Source: Verrucomicrobiia bacterium (GTDB lineage: Bacteria > Verrucomicrobiota > Verrucomicrobiia > Limisphaerales > Palsa-1400). Taken from it: a stretch of DNA of 64,000 nt. Position 1 is the first letter of the stretch, and every line of letters begins with the position of its first letter. Location of the stretch: contig DASXZY010000078.1 in the NCBI GenBank assembly GCA_036501625.1, forward strand, positions 21,040 through 85,039, written 5' to 3'. The position numbers were made by a program, and so were the translations under genes. Of the stretch, positions 36,619 to 47,074 are shown piece after piece. The notes under the pieces were generated by a model. It worked only from the letters and a program-made list of their open reading frames with translations, was not told the DNA's origin and searched no databases.

Positions 36619-37986
36619 ATGAACATTTTTGGTTTTATAATTTGGGCTTTGGCCTTTAGCCTTCTCCCGTGTGCCTTGCGCATTGTACAGTTGACACCAG
36701 GGGCCGGCAAAATGTTTTGCGGCGCCTGCATGAGGGATAACGCTCTCGTGACGGCGTTGCGCCAGCAGGGGCATTCCGCGGTGATGGCCCCGATGTACCT
36801 GCCGCTGACCCTGGATGAGGACGATCAAACAGTTGACACGCCCGTCTTTTTCAGCGGCATCAACGTCTTCCTGGAGCAGGAATCGGCCCTCTTCCGCAAG
36901 TCTCCTGATTGGCTGCGCCGGCTGCTGGCCGCGCCGCCGCTGCTCAAAATGGCCGCAGGCGTGGCGGGCAAGACGCGGGCGTCGGAACTTGGCGAATTGA
37001 CCATTTCCATGCTGCGCGGCGAAGATGGCAACCAGGCGCGCGAACTGGACGATTTAATCCGGTGGCTGCGCCAGGAGAAGCCCGGCGTGGTCTGCCTTTC
37101 CAATGCATTATTGACAGGCCTCGCGCGCCGCATCCGGGCGGAGCTGCGCGTGCCGGTCGTCTGTTCGCTGCAAGGGGAGGACTATTTTCTTGACGGATTG
37201 GCCGAGCCGCACCGCCAGGCCGCCTGGCAAACGGCGGCGGAACGGGCGGCGGATGTGGATTTGTTCGTTTCGCCCAGCGCTTACTTTGGCCGGCTCATGG
37301 GGGAGCGGCTCAAAATTCCTCCTGCCCGGATGAAGGTGCTCTTCAACGGCATCAACCTCAGCGGCTATGAAGCCGAGGCTCCGCCAGTCGCGCGCGGGGC
37401 GCCGCCGGTGCTCGGTTACTTCGCCCGGATGTGCCGGGAAAAGGGCGTGGACCAATTGGCGGGCGCCTTTATTCGGCTGAAGAAGCGGCCCGGTTTGAGC
37501 GCCTTGAAGCTGCGCATCGGCGGCAGTTGCGGGCCGGCCGATCAGCCCATCGTGGATGAGATGCGGCGCGCCCTGGCCGCGCACGGGGTTTTGGCGGATG
37601 CCGAATTTTGCCCAAACATCACCCGCGAAGCCAAAGTGGATTTCCTGCGTTCCTTGACAGTGTTCTCCGTGCCCGCGCGGCATCCGGAGGCGTTCGGACT
37701 TTACTTGATAGAGGCGATGGCGGCGGGGGCGCCGGTCGTGCAGCCGGATCATGGGGGATTTCCTGAATTGATCGCGGCCACGGGAGGGGGCCGCCTGTAT
37801 CCGGCACGGGACGAGGAAGCTTTTGTTGACAAATTGGAGGCGCTGCTGCTCGCGCCCGAGCAGGCTCAGGCGCTGGGCCAGGCCGGCCGCCGGGCCGTGC
37901 ATGAGCAGTTCAAAGTGGAAACAATGGCCGGTGAATTCGCCCGCCTATGCGAGGAGGCCGCCCGGAATTTTAACCGCGCCTCCTGA
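36619..37986 (+). CDS. glycosyltransferase family 4 (GT-B, group 1)
   Basis: LRIVQLTPGAGKMFCGACMRDNALV N-terminus; C-terminal EAFGLYLIEAMAAGAPVV (E-x7-E region). The TTG at 36676 (LRIVQL) may be the real start. Confidence 0.85.
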   Translation: MNIFGFIIWALAFSLLPCALRIVQLTPGAGKMFCGACMRDNALVTALRQQGHSAVMAPMYLPLTLDEDDQTVDTPVFFSGINVFLEQESALFRKSPDWLRRLLAAPPLLKMAAGVAGKTRASELGELTISMLRGEDGNQARELDDLIRWLRQEKPGVVCLSNALLTGLARRIRAELRVPVVCSLQGEDYFLDGLAEPHRQAAWQTAAERAADVDLFVSPSAYFGRLMGERLKIPPARMKVLFNGINLSGYEAEAPPVARGAPPVLGYFARMCREKGVDQLAGAFIRLKKRPGLSALKLRIGGSCGPADQPIVDEMRRALAAHGVLADAEFCPNITREAKVDFLRSLTVFSVPARHPEAFGLYLIEAMAAGAPVVQPDHGGFPELIAATGGGRLYPARDEEAFVDKLEALLLAPEQAQALGQAGRRAVHEQFKVETMAGEFARLCEEAARNFNRAS

Positions 37987-38059
37987 CTTAAACTGATGGG
38001 CGCCTTTTCTTCGCCTTTGCGGTCATCACCCTATTCGGTCGAAAGCATTCAGTGCGAGA

Positions 38060-40696
38060 ATGGTTTCGATGCGAAAGTATTTTTGGCAGTTGCTTTTGCT
38101 GCTTTTGCCAGTGGGAATGGCGCGAGGCAGCGTGAGCGTGTTGACTTATCATAATGACAACGCGCGCACCGGCCAAAATCTGGACGAGACAATTCTGACT
38201 CCGGCCAACGTCAATACGAATACTTTCGGCAAGCTGTTCACCTGCGCGGTCGATGGCGATGTGTACGCGCAGCCGCTTTATGTTCCCAGTCTGTCGATAA
38301 TCGGCGCTGGAGTCCGCAATGTGGTCTTTGTCTGCACGGAGCATAACTCCGTTTATGCCTTCGATGCCGACACCAACGGTGGCCCGTCCGGCGGGCTGCT
38401 GTGGCAGGTCAATCTCGGTCCGTCGGCGGCGACTCCGACGCCGGATTTTGGCAACCGCTATGGCGGCTTTACGCAGATCACTCCGGAGGTGGGCATCACT
38501 GGCACGCCCGTCATCAATCTGGCGGCATCCGCTCTTTATGTTGACGCCTTTACCCATGAGGGAACGAACTACATCCATCGCGTTCACGCGCTGAACATTC
38601 ACTCGGGCAAGGAACTTCCCGGAAGTCCCGTGGTTGTCAGCGCTGAAATGCCGGGAACGGGCGCGGGCAGCGGCAATGGCGTCTTGCCGTTCGAATCGGA
38701 ACAGCAACTCCAGCGATGCGCGTTGACGCTCGCCTCGGGTTATCTGTACGTGTCCTATTGCGGCTATGCGGATTCGGACCCGTACCACGGCTGGATTCTC
38801 GGTTTCAATGCGGCCAATCTCAAGCCTGCCGCCAACCGGATTTTCAACACCACCCCGAACAGCGACGTCACGGATTTTGGCCCTTACGCGGGCCAGGCGG
38901 GCATTTGGATGGGCGGCGGCGGGCCGGCAGTGGACGCCGCCGGAGATTTATATTTTACAACAGGCAACGGGAGCTTCGACGCTTACAACGGCGCGGGCGG
39001 AACGGAGTACGGGGACAGTTACGTAAAGCTTTCCACCGCGCGCGGGCTGGCCGTGGCCGATTACTTCACGCCTTATGACCAGGCTGATTACGCGGCCAAC
39101 GACATCGACGCCGGCTCCGGCGGAGTGCTCCTGGTTCCGACACAGCCTGGTCCGTTGCCGCGCATCATGGTGAGCGCGGGCAAACCGGAAGTGCTTTACG
39201 TTATTGACAGGGACGCGTTCACTGTCGCGAGCAACCATTACAATGCTGGCGGGAGCTCGGACGCGGTCGTGCAATCCATAGAATTGAATGGCGGCAATTT
39301 CAGCACGCCATCCTATTTCAATGGCAAGGTCTATCTGACGCCCGCCAATAACGCGGCGGCGGCGTTCGCGATCTCCAACGGAATGCTCGCTTTGCCGGCC
39401 AGTTCAATTGGCTCCCGCGTATATCCATTTCCTGGCGCGACGGCCAGCATCTCCGCCAATGGGACCAGCGGCGGAATCGCCTGGATGGTCGAGCGGCCCG
39501 ATCCAACCGATCCGGCAATCCTCGTCGCGGACGACGCGGAAAACGTGGCCAACGAAATATACAACAGCAGCCAGGCAGGCGTGCGCGACCAACTTTCCGC
39601 GGGCGTCAAATATGCGGTGCCAACTGTCGCCAATGGAAAGGTCTTCGTCGGCAGCCACTTGGCCCTGTCGGTCTTTGGATTGTTAGGTTTGACGCCCTCC
39701 GGAGCGCCGGCCCCCGGCAATTACAGCGGGCTTTTCTACGGTTCCGGCGGCGTGGTGATGGGGCAATCTGGTTTGGTGTCGATAACCGTGGGCGCCAAAG
39801 GCCATTACACGGCCCGCCTGCAAACGCCCTCGGGCATTTGGAATTTCACCGGGCAATTTTATGGCCCCGGCATTGCCAATAATAGTTTGACTGTTCTAGG
39901 CCAGAGTCCTCTCCAGATCCAATTGCAGTACGCCGGTCCGGGCCAATTGGCGGGCACGGTTGGCAACGCCGCGTGGTCGGCCGGCATCATCGCGAATCAA
40001 TCCGTGTTCAACGCGCGCACGAATCCTTCGCCGTTCGCGGGGGCCTACACGCTCGCGATAAATGGTCCTGGCAATGGCGATTCACTGGAGCCGCAGGGCA
40101 ATGGATATGGCGCCGTGACAATCACCACAGCGGGGCAATTGTCGTTCCACGGAATGCTGGCCGATGGCACGCCGGTGAGTCAAATTTCGGCCATCGGCGC
40201 CAACGGATTGTGGCCATTTTATGCGCCTTTGTATGCCGGTCGCGGCGAGATTTTGGGTTGGGTGAACTTTGCGAACAATGGGCAGGCCGACCTTTCCGGA
40301 GGTCTCGTGTGGACTAAAGAACCGGCCGCCAGGGCCGCGAGCTACCCGGCTGGATTTGAGTTCGCTCCTGTATTGCAAGGCTCTCATTTTACCGCGGGCA
40401 CGGTGAAGGCCCCGCTCCTTGACTTCAACGCCGGCACGGTGATTTTGAATGGGGTGTGTCTTCCCGGCTCTCTCACCGATTATTTTACAGTCGGCGCGAA
40501 TCAAAGGCTGATTGGAACCAACCGGCTGGCCATCAGTTTTTCCCCGGCAACCGGGCTGTTCACTGGCGCCGCCCCGAACCCGTTTGGCGCGCGTCCGCTT
40601 GTCTTCAGCGGAATGTTCATGTCCAGGCAAAACTTTGGCCGCGGTTATTTTGTCAACTCGAATTTGAGCGGCACAGTTTTCTTCGGCCCTCGCTAG
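38060..40696 (+). CDS. secreted beta-propeller-like protein with a Gly-rich beta C-terminal region
   Basis: Signal peptide FWQLLLLLLPVGMARG. LTYHNDNARTGQN..DGDVYAQPLYV..VVFVCTEHNSVYAFDA is typical of PQQ/BamB-like propeller blades. No function recognised. Confidence 0.6.
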   Translation: MVSMRKYFWQLLLLLLPVGMARGSVSVLTYHNDNARTGQNLDETILTPANVNTNTFGKLFTCAVDGDVYAQPLYVPSLSIIGAGVRNVVFVCTEHNSVYAFDADTNGGPSGGLLWQVNLGPSAATPTPDFGNRYGGFTQITPEVGITGTPVINLAASALYVDAFTHEGTNYIHRVHALNIHSGKELPGSPVVVSAEMPGTGAGSGNGVLPFESEQQLQRCALTLASGYLYVSYCGYADSDPYHGWILGFNAANLKPAANRIFNTTPNSDVTDFGPYAGQAGIWMGGGGPAVDAAGDLYFTTGNGSFDAYNGAGGTEYGDSYVKLSTARGLAVADYFTPYDQADYAANDIDAGSGGVLLVPTQPGPLPRIMVSAGKPEVLYVIDRDAFTVASNHYNAGGSSDAVVQSIELNGGNFSTPSYFNGKVYLTPANNAAAAFAISNGMLALPASSIGSRVYPFPGATASISANGTSGGIAWMVERPDPTDPAILVADDAENVANEIYNSSQAGVRDQLSAGVKYAVPTVANGKVFVGSHLALSVFGLLGLTPSGAPAPGNYSGLFYGSGGVVMGQSGLVSITVGAKGHYTARLQTPSGIWNFTGQFYGPGIANNSLTVLGQSPLQIQLQYAGPGQLAGTVGNAAWSAGIIANQSVFNARTNPSPFAGAYTLAINGPGNGDSLEPQGNGYGAVTITTAGQLSFHGMLADGTPVSQISAIGANGLWPFYAPLYAGRGEILGWVNFANNGQADLSGGLVWTKEPAARAASYPAGFEFAPVLQGSHFTAGTVKAPLLDFNAGTVILNGVCLPGSLTDYFTVGANQRLIGTNRLAISFSPATGLFTGAAPNPFGARPLVFSGMFMSRQNFGRGYFVNSNLSGTVFFGPR

Positions 40697-40742
40697 CCGA
40701 ATTTTCCCTCGTCAATCAGCGCGGCGGAAATTATCGTGCTTC

Positions 40743-41183
40743 ATGGCTTACGAATTCAAAGTGACGCGCCGGGTGGAATTTTCGGAGACGGACATGGCTG
40801 GCATCATGCACTACTCGAATTTTTTCCGGTTCATGGAAACCGCCGAGCACGCCTTTTTTCGTTCACTCGGATTTTCCATCATGACAGCCAACGTGGATCC
40901 GCCCGTCGGCTGGCCGCGCGTCCATGCCCATTGTGATTACAAAGCGCCGCTGCGATTTGAAGACGAGGTCGAAATCCATCTGCTGGTGCGCGAGAAAAAG
41001 AGCAAGGCTCTGAGCTATTTTTTCAAATTTGCCAAGCTCAATGAGACGCCGCCGGCCGAGGTCGCGCGGGGCGGTTTGACCGTCGTGTGCGTCCGCCATG
41101 AAGGCGGCGCCATGACCGCGTGTTCCATTCCCCAGGCGCTGGCGGATAAAATCCAGGTGGCGCCAGGCGAGTTGTTGTTGTAG
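40743..41183 (+). CDS. hotdog-fold acyl-CoA thioesterase (YbgC/4HBT type)
   Basis: RRVEFSETDMAGIMHYSNFFRFMETAEHAFFRSLG. Confidence 0.85.
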   Translation: MAYEFKVTRRVEFSETDMAGIMHYSNFFRFMETAEHAFFRSLGFSIMTANVDPPVGWPRVHAHCDYKAPLRFEDEVEIHLLVREKKSKALSYFFKFAKLNETPPAEVARGGLTVVCVRHEGGAMTACSIPQALADKIQVAPGELLL

Positions 41184-41198
41184 AGTGGGCGCTTCTGG

Positions 41199-43046
41199 AT
41201 GCTTACGATTTCCGAGGTTAGCAAGGCCTACGGGCCGCAAATTTTGTTTGAAGACGTGTCGCTGCAAATCAACCGCGGCGAATGCGTTGGTTTGATCGGC
41301 CCAAACGGCGCCGGCAAATCGACTTTATTCTCCCTCATTCTTGGTCAAGAAGAACCGGACCAGGGCAGCATCACGCGGGAAAAGACCGTCGCGGTCGGCC
41401 ACCTTCCGCAGGAATGCGCCCCGGCCGGCGATGGCACGGTGCTGGAGATGGCGATCGCCGGCCTCAACGCGCATGACCACGATTGGCACGGCTACGAACT
41501 GGAGCCAAAGGCCAAGCGCATATTGTCCGGCTTGAGTTTTCGCGAGAAGGATTTCAACCGTCCGCTGCGGGAGATGAGCGGCGGATGGGTCATGCGGGCG
41601 CACCTGGCCCGCCTGCTGACACGCGAGCCGGACGTGCTTATGCTTGACGAGCCTACGAATCATCTTGACTTGGAATCCTTGCAATGGCTGCAATCCTATC
41701 TGGCCAGTTATACCGGGGCGATCCTGATGATTTCGCACGACCGGAGTTTTCTCAACGGGCTGGCAACGCACATCGTGGAAATCCGCCAGCGCAAACTCGT
41801 GCGATACCGCGGCAATTACGATGCCAGCGTTGAATTGCGCGCGGCCGCCGAGGCCCAGTTGCTGGCCGCCTACAAAAACCAGCAACGCGAGATCGCGCAC
41901 ATGATGGAATTCGTGCAGCGGTTCCGCGCCAAGAACACCAAAGCCTCCCAGGCCCAGAGCAAGCTCAAGCAAATTGAGCGCATGGAAAAAATCGAGGCGC
42001 CCGTCGAGGACGGACGCAGGATTCATTTTCAATTTCCGCAGCCGCAGCGCGGCGGGTTGAAATCCATCACGCTCGAAGGCGTGCATCACGCCTACGGCGC
42101 CAACGTCATTTACCGCGGCATCGACTTCACGGCCGAGCGCGGGCAGCGCATCGTGCTGGCCGGTCCCAACGGCGCGGGAAAATCGACTTTGCTCAAACTT
42201 CTGGCCGCCGCGCTGCCATTGCAGGGGGGCGAGCGGCAATTGGGGCACAACGTCAAGAGCGGTTACTACTCCCAATACCGGGTGGAGATGCTCCAGGCGG
42301 AACGGACGGTGCTGGAGGAAGCGCTTGACACGCCGCAACGGATCACGGAGGAGTCCGTCCGCACGCTGCTGGGGTGTTTTCTCTTTCGCGGCGACGACGT
42401 GTTCAAAAAAGTTTCCGTATTGAGCGGCGGGGAAAAGAGCCGGCTGGCCCTGGTGAAGCTGCTGCTGGATCCGCCCAATTTATTATTGATGGACGAGCCG
42501 ACCACGCACCTGGACATGCAGGCGATCGAGGCGCTGATTGGGGCGTTGAAGCAATTTTCCGGGACGCTCATTTTCATCAGCCACGACGTGTATTTCATCC
42601 GCGAGTTGAGCACGCATGTCGTGAGAGTGGAGGACGGGCGGCTGGCGCATTATCCCGGCGGCTGGCAATACTATCTTGACAAGACCGCCGCGCCGCAGGC
42701 GCGCCAGGCCGCTCCGCCGGCGGCGCTTCCCGAGGCTGGGCCGAAATCCAAGAGCAAGGAGCAAAAGCGGACTGAAGCGGAAGCGCGGCAGGCCCGTTAC
42801 AAAGAGCGCAAGGAACGCGAGTCCACCGTGGCTTCGCTGGAGGCGCAGATTCAACAAGCGGAGGCTCGACAAAAAGAATTGACAGCCGAGCTGGAAAATC
42901 CGGCCAGTTACGAAAAGCCCGGCGGCGCGATGGAACTGAACCGCGAATGGGTGGAACTCGAGGCCCGCATGAAGCAGCTCTCCGCACAATGGGAACACGC
43001 CGCCCTGAAATTGGAGGAAACCAAATTGGCAGCGGCGGGGGCGTGA
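41199..43046 (+). CDS. ABC-F family ATPase (two ABC cassettes, no TM domain)
   Basis: Walker A GPNGAGKST twice; signatures MSGGWVMRAHLA and LSGGEKSRLALV; charged coiled-coil C-terminus. Confidence 0.9.
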   Translation: MLTISEVSKAYGPQILFEDVSLQINRGECVGLIGPNGAGKSTLFSLILGQEEPDQGSITREKTVAVGHLPQECAPAGDGTVLEMAIAGLNAHDHDWHGYELEPKAKRILSGLSFREKDFNRPLREMSGGWVMRAHLARLLTREPDVLMLDEPTNHLDLESLQWLQSYLASYTGAILMISHDRSFLNGLATHIVEIRQRKLVRYRGNYDASVELRAAAEAQLLAAYKNQQREIAHMMEFVQRFRAKNTKASQAQSKLKQIERMEKIEAPVEDGRRIHFQFPQPQRGGLKSITLEGVHHAYGANVIYRGIDFTAERGQRIVLAGPNGAGKSTLLKLLAAALPLQGGERQLGHNVKSGYYSQYRVEMLQAERTVLEEALDTPQRITEESVRTLLGCFLFRGDDVFKKVSVLSGGEKSRLALVKLLLDPPNLLLMDEPTTHLDMQAIEALIGALKQFSGTLIFISHDVYFIRELSTHVVRVEDGRLAHYPGGWQYYLDKTAAPQARQAAPPAALPEAGPKSKSKEQKRTEAEARQARYKERKERESTVASLEAQIQQAEARQKELTAELENPASYEKPGGAMELNREWVELEARMKQLSAQWEHAALKLEETKLAAAGA

Positions 43047-43047
43047 G

Positions 43048-43800
43048 TCAGGCCGCGTGCGCTTCCCAAACCAGGCGCAATCCCTCCAGTGTCAACTGTG
43101 GTTCCACGGCGGTGATTTCTGGGAGCTTCGATGACATGAGCCGCGCGTAACCGCCCGTGGCCACGACCGGCAGCCTGCGGCGGCCCATGGCCCGCTTCAA
43201 TTCCGCCAGCAATTCCCGGATCAATCCTCGATAGCCTTTGACCGCGCCGATCAACATCGCCTGCCGGGTGTTCTTGCCCACCACGGCGGAGGTTTCCCGG
43301 ATGCGGATGCGCGGCAGCAGCGCCGTCTTTTCGTGCAGGTAATCGGTCATCGCGTTGAGGCCGGGCGCGATGATGCCGCCGACATAATTGCCCGCGCTGT
43401 CAACCACATCAAAGGTGACGGCCGTGCCAAAATCCACGGCCACGGCGGGCGCGCCGAAGTGATGTTTGAGCGCCACGGCATTGGCCAAACGGTCCGCGCC
43501 GATGGTGCGCGGTTTGGGATAATCAATGCCCACGCCGCGCACGGTGCGGGCGTTCAATTCCATGCAGGCAATCCCAAACTCAGCCCGCAGGAATTCCACC
43601 GCCAGCGGCGTCGCCGCCGGGACGACGCTGCAAAGAATGGCGCCCGTGAGCTTCTCGTGCTTCAAGAACCGGGCGGCGGCCCGCTGCGATGCGCCGCCGC
43701 GCCAAGGCGCTGTCAACACATCCGCCTGGCGCACGACTCGCCGCGCGCTGGCCAGGCCCAGGTGCGTATGGGTGTTGCCAATGTCAAGCAAAGCAATCAT
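43048..43800 (-). CDS. coaX: type III pantothenate kinase
   Basis: ATG 43800: MIALLDIGNTHTHLGL; AVDFGTAVTFDVV; GGIIAPG. The track start 43863 is an extension. Confidence 0.9.
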   Translation of the reverse strand: MIALLDIGNTHTHLGLASARRVVRQADVLTAPWRGGASQRAAARFLKHEKLTGAILCSVVPAATPLAVEFLRAEFGIACMELNARTVRGVGIDYPKPRTIGADRLANAVALKHHFGAPAVAVDFGTAVTFDVVDSAGNYVGGIIAPGLNAMTDYLHEKTALLPRIRIRETSAVVGKNTRQAMLIGAVKGYRGLIRELLAELKRAMGRRRLPVVATGGYARLMSSKLPEITAVEPQLTLEGLRLVWEAHAA

Positions 43801-43875
43801 CGGCCCTAGGATGGGGATTGAAGCCGGGATTTGAAATCCAAAAAAGCACGCATCCTCCGGCAATTATGATACGTT

Positions 43876-46782
43876 GTGGCCGTGCGAAGCGGATTTTCCA
43901 GCGGCATTTTGGCGGGCTGCGCGGACCCCCAGCGGGCGGCCGCGGCCCTGGAAGTATTGCGCGCGCCCGAGGCGGCGCCGGCCCCGCGGAAGCTTTCCGC
44001 CGAGCAGGCGCGCATCCTGGCCGCGCTGTTAAGCGGTTCGCAGCGGGCGCTGGAGTTGCTGGCCGCGCATCCCGGCTGGCTGGGGCCGTTGCTGGCGCCC
44101 GGCGCCCTGGCGCACCCGCGCCGCGAAGAAGGAATGCGGCATGAGCTTGAGTCAAGCATCGGGGAGGCGGACGAAGCGGCCGCGTTCAGCAGTCTCCGGC
44201 AATTTAAACAGCGTGAAATGTTGCGCATCGCGGCCCGCGACCTGGCCCGGTTGAGCCATGCCGCGGAAATCACCCGCGAGATTTCCGATGTCGCTGACAT
44301 ATGCCTGGATTCGGTTTGCCGCCTTTGCGACAAGCGGCTGCGCGCCCGCCTGGGCCAGCCGTGGCATTTGGACGCGGATGGGAAGTGGCGTCAAACCGAA
44401 TTTTGCGTCATTGGGCTGGGCAAATTGGGCGGCCAGGAGTTGAACTACAGCTCCGACGTGGATGTCATGTTTGTCTATGACGAAGAGGGCGCGGTGTTCA
44501 AGGCTCCGCCGCGCCGGAATGAAACCGAGGGCGGGCGGCTGGCCAGTCATTTGTACTTTACACGGCTCGCGGAGGAGATGATCGCCGAGATCTCGAAGCT
44601 CGCTCCGGAGGGCGCGCTGTATCGGATCGATCTGCGGCTCCGGCCGGAAGGCAAGCTCGGCCCGCTGGCGCGCTCGCTGGCCAGCTTCGAGAATTTCTAC
44701 GCGCAATGGGGCCAGACCTGGGAGCGCATGATGCTCATCAAAGCCCGCCCGGTGGCCGGGTCGGCGCGCCTGGGGGCGGAGTTCCTGGAGATGACGCAGA
44801 GCTTCCGCTACCCGCGCTATTTGAACCCGCGGACGCTGCGCGAGGTGGCTGCTGTCAAGACTAGGATTGAAAGCGAGATCGTCAAGGAAGGCGAACTGGA
44901 GCGCAACGTCAAACTTGGCCGCGGCGGCATCCGCGAGATCGAGTTTGTCGCGCAGGCCCTCCAGATTCTGCACGCGGGGAAGCTGCCTTTTTTGGAGGGC
45001 GCCACCACGCTGCCGGTGTTGCAGCGGCTGGCGCGCTACTCGCTGCTCACCACTGGAGAAGCCGGCGATCTTCAAGCCGCCTACGTTTTTCTGCGCGATG
45101 TCGAGCATCGCTTGCAGATGGAAGCCGGGCGCCAGACGCATACGATTCCGGACGACCGCCGCGCGTGCCAGCGGCTGGCGCGCCTGATGGGTTTCGACAC
45201 ACTCGCCAAATTCGAGACGGCGCGCCGGCGGCACAGCAGGCGGGTGCGCGAAATCTACGATCACATTTTGCCAAGCGAAGAAGCGCCCGCATCCTCCCTT
45301 CCGCCGGACATGGAAGCCGCCGCCGATGAATGGAAGAAATTGCTGGCCAGCCGCGGCTTTCGCGAAACCGAGCGCGCCATGAAGATGCTCCGCCTGTTTC
45401 TCAACGGGCCGGATTACGCGCACGTTTCGCCGCGCACGCAGGAATTGGCGTGGGAATTGTGGCCCCGCTTCCTGGCGTTGTGCCCGCATGGCGCGGCCAA
45501 ACCCGATCGGACGCTGTCCGACCCCGACCGCGTGCTGGTGCGGCTGGACAGTTTTGTTGACGCTTACGGAGCGCGGGCGATGCTCTACGAAATGTGGACG
45601 CAAAACCCGTCGCTGTTCGAGGTGTTGCTGCTGCTTTTCGACCGCTCCGAATTCCTGGCCGAGCAAGCCATCCGCGCGCCCGGCCTGGTCGACGAGCTGG
45701 AATCCAGCGGCCGCCTGAACCGCGCCAAGAGCGCCGAAGAAACGCTGGCCGATTTGCGCCACGGCGCGGGTGACGCCGACCAGCGCCTGTGGCTGCGCCG
45801 CTACCATCAGGCGGAGTTGATGCGCATCGGTTTGCGGGACATTTTGGGGCTGTCGGACGCCGCTCAAAATGTGTTCGAGATGTCGTGCCTGGCGGACGCC
45901 TGCCTCCAATACGCTTTGGAGGCGCTGATGCGCGCGCATAAACTCAAGCGCGCGCCCTTCGGCGTCATTGGCCTGGGCAAACTCGGCGGGCGGGAGATCA
46001 GTTATGGATCGGACCTGGACATCATGTTCGTGACGGACGCGCGCGCGGGCGAACTGCCGCGGTTGCAACCGCTGGCGGCCGAGCTGATGGAGATGCTTTC
46101 GGCCCGGACCGAGGATGGCGTGGTTTTTCGAGTTGACGCGCGCTTGCGGCCGGACGGGGAAAAGGGTTTGCTTGTCAACACGCTGGAGGCATGCGAAAAA
46201 TATTACCGGCGCCGGGCGGGATTGTGGGAAATCCAGGCGCTGACGCGCGTGCGTCCCGCAGCCGGAGACATGGAGGTTGGCGCGCGCTTTCAAGCGATGG
46301 CGGCCGCGCTGACGAATTTCTCCGCCGCGCCGGACGTGGCGGCTTTCACGCCTGGATGGCTCGGCGAAATCATCCGAATGCGGGAGCGCATCGAGAAGGA
46401 GCGGACGCCGGCGGGCAAGGATTCGCTGGCCATCAAGACGGGAGCGGGCGGCCTGATGGACGCGGAGTTTTTGGCGCAGGCGCTTTGCCTGGGGCGCGGC
46501 TGGCAGGAGGCCAATACGGGCCATGCGTTGCGGCGCGCGGCCGAGGCGGGGGTCTGGCCGGCGGGGGAGGCGGACGCGTTGTTGACAAATTACGGGCAAC
46601 TGCGCCGAATTGAGGGCATTCTCCGCCGCTGGAGTTTTGAGGGCGAGACGCTGCTGCCCGCCGATGAGCCGGCGCAACACCGGGTGGCAGTGCGCTGCGG
46701 ATTCGCCGGCGCGGGCGATCTCCTGCGCGCCGCCGCCAAGATGCGCGCGGCCTTGCGCGCGGCCTGGCCGCGGGTAAGTTGA
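43876..46782 (+). CDS. glnE: bifunctional glutamine synthetase adenylyltransferase/adenylyl-removing enzyme
   Basis: Two nucleotidyltransferase cores: GLGKLGGQELNYSSDVDVMFVY..RIDLRLRPEG and GLGKLGGREISYGSDLDIMFV..RVDARLRPDGEKG. Confidence 0.9.
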   Translation: MAVRSGFSSGILAGCADPQRAAAALEVLRAPEAAPAPRKLSAEQARILAALLSGSQRALELLAAHPGWLGPLLAPGALAHPRREEGMRHELESSIGEADEAAAFSSLRQFKQREMLRIAARDLARLSHAAEITREISDVADICLDSVCRLCDKRLRARLGQPWHLDADGKWRQTEFCVIGLGKLGGQELNYSSDVDVMFVYDEEGAVFKAPPRRNETEGGRLASHLYFTRLAEEMIAEISKLAPEGALYRIDLRLRPEGKLGPLARSLASFENFYAQWGQTWERMMLIKARPVAGSARLGAEFLEMTQSFRYPRYLNPRTLREVAAVKTRIESEIVKEGELERNVKLGRGGIREIEFVAQALQILHAGKLPFLEGATTLPVLQRLARYSLLTTGEAGDLQAAYVFLRDVEHRLQMEAGRQTHTIPDDRRACQRLARLMGFDTLAKFETARRRHSRRVREIYDHILPSEEAPASSLPPDMEAAADEWKKLLASRGFRETERAMKMLRLFLNGPDYAHVSPRTQELAWELWPRFLALCPHGAAKPDRTLSDPDRVLVRLDSFVDAYGARAMLYEMWTQNPSLFEVLLLLFDRSEFLAEQAIRAPGLVDELESSGRLNRAKSAEETLADLRHGAGDADQRLWLRRYHQAELMRIGLRDILGLSDAAQNVFEMSCLADACLQYALEALMRAHKLKRAPFGVIGLGKLGGREISYGSDLDIMFVTDARAGELPRLQPLAAELMEMLSARTEDGVVFRVDARLRPDGEKGLLVNTLEACEKYYRRRAGLWEIQALTRVRPAAGDMEVGARFQAMAAALTNFSAAPDVAAFTPGWLGEIIRMRERIEKERTPAGKDSLAIKTGAGGLMDAEFLAQALCLGRGWQEANTGHALRRAAEAGVWPAGEADALLTNYGQLRRIEGILRRWSFEGETLLPADEPAQHRVAVRCGFAGAGDLLRAAAKMRAALRAAWPRVS

Positions 46783-46789
46783 AGGAACG

Positions 46790-47035
46790 ATGCCAATATA
46801 CGAATACGAATTGTGCGAAGGCGATTGCGCCGTGTGCGGCGGCAAGTTCACGCTGCGCCGGCCGCTCAGCGCCGCGCCGCTGAAGGCGTGCCCGGCCTGC
46901 AAGCGCCCCGTGCGGAAAATCATCTCAACGTTCAATTCGCCTGTCAAACTAAAGCCGGTCTCGTTTTCCGACGCCAAGAAGGCGGGCTTCACCGTTCTCA
47001 AGCGCCTTGGCAAGGGCGAGTACGAAAAGCAGTGA
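46790..47035 (+). CDS. FmdB-family zinc-ribbon protein
   Basis: MPIYEYELCEGDCAVCGGKFT..LKACPACKRPVRKI (CxxC..CxxC). Confidence 0.85.
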   Translation: MPIYEYELCEGDCAVCGGKFTLRRPLSAAPLKACPACKRPVRKIISTFNSPVKLKPVSFSDAKKAGFTVLKRLGKGEYEKQ

Positions 47036-47074
47036 GCGCCTTGACCGGCGCGGCGGGCGGAGTACACTTTATTC

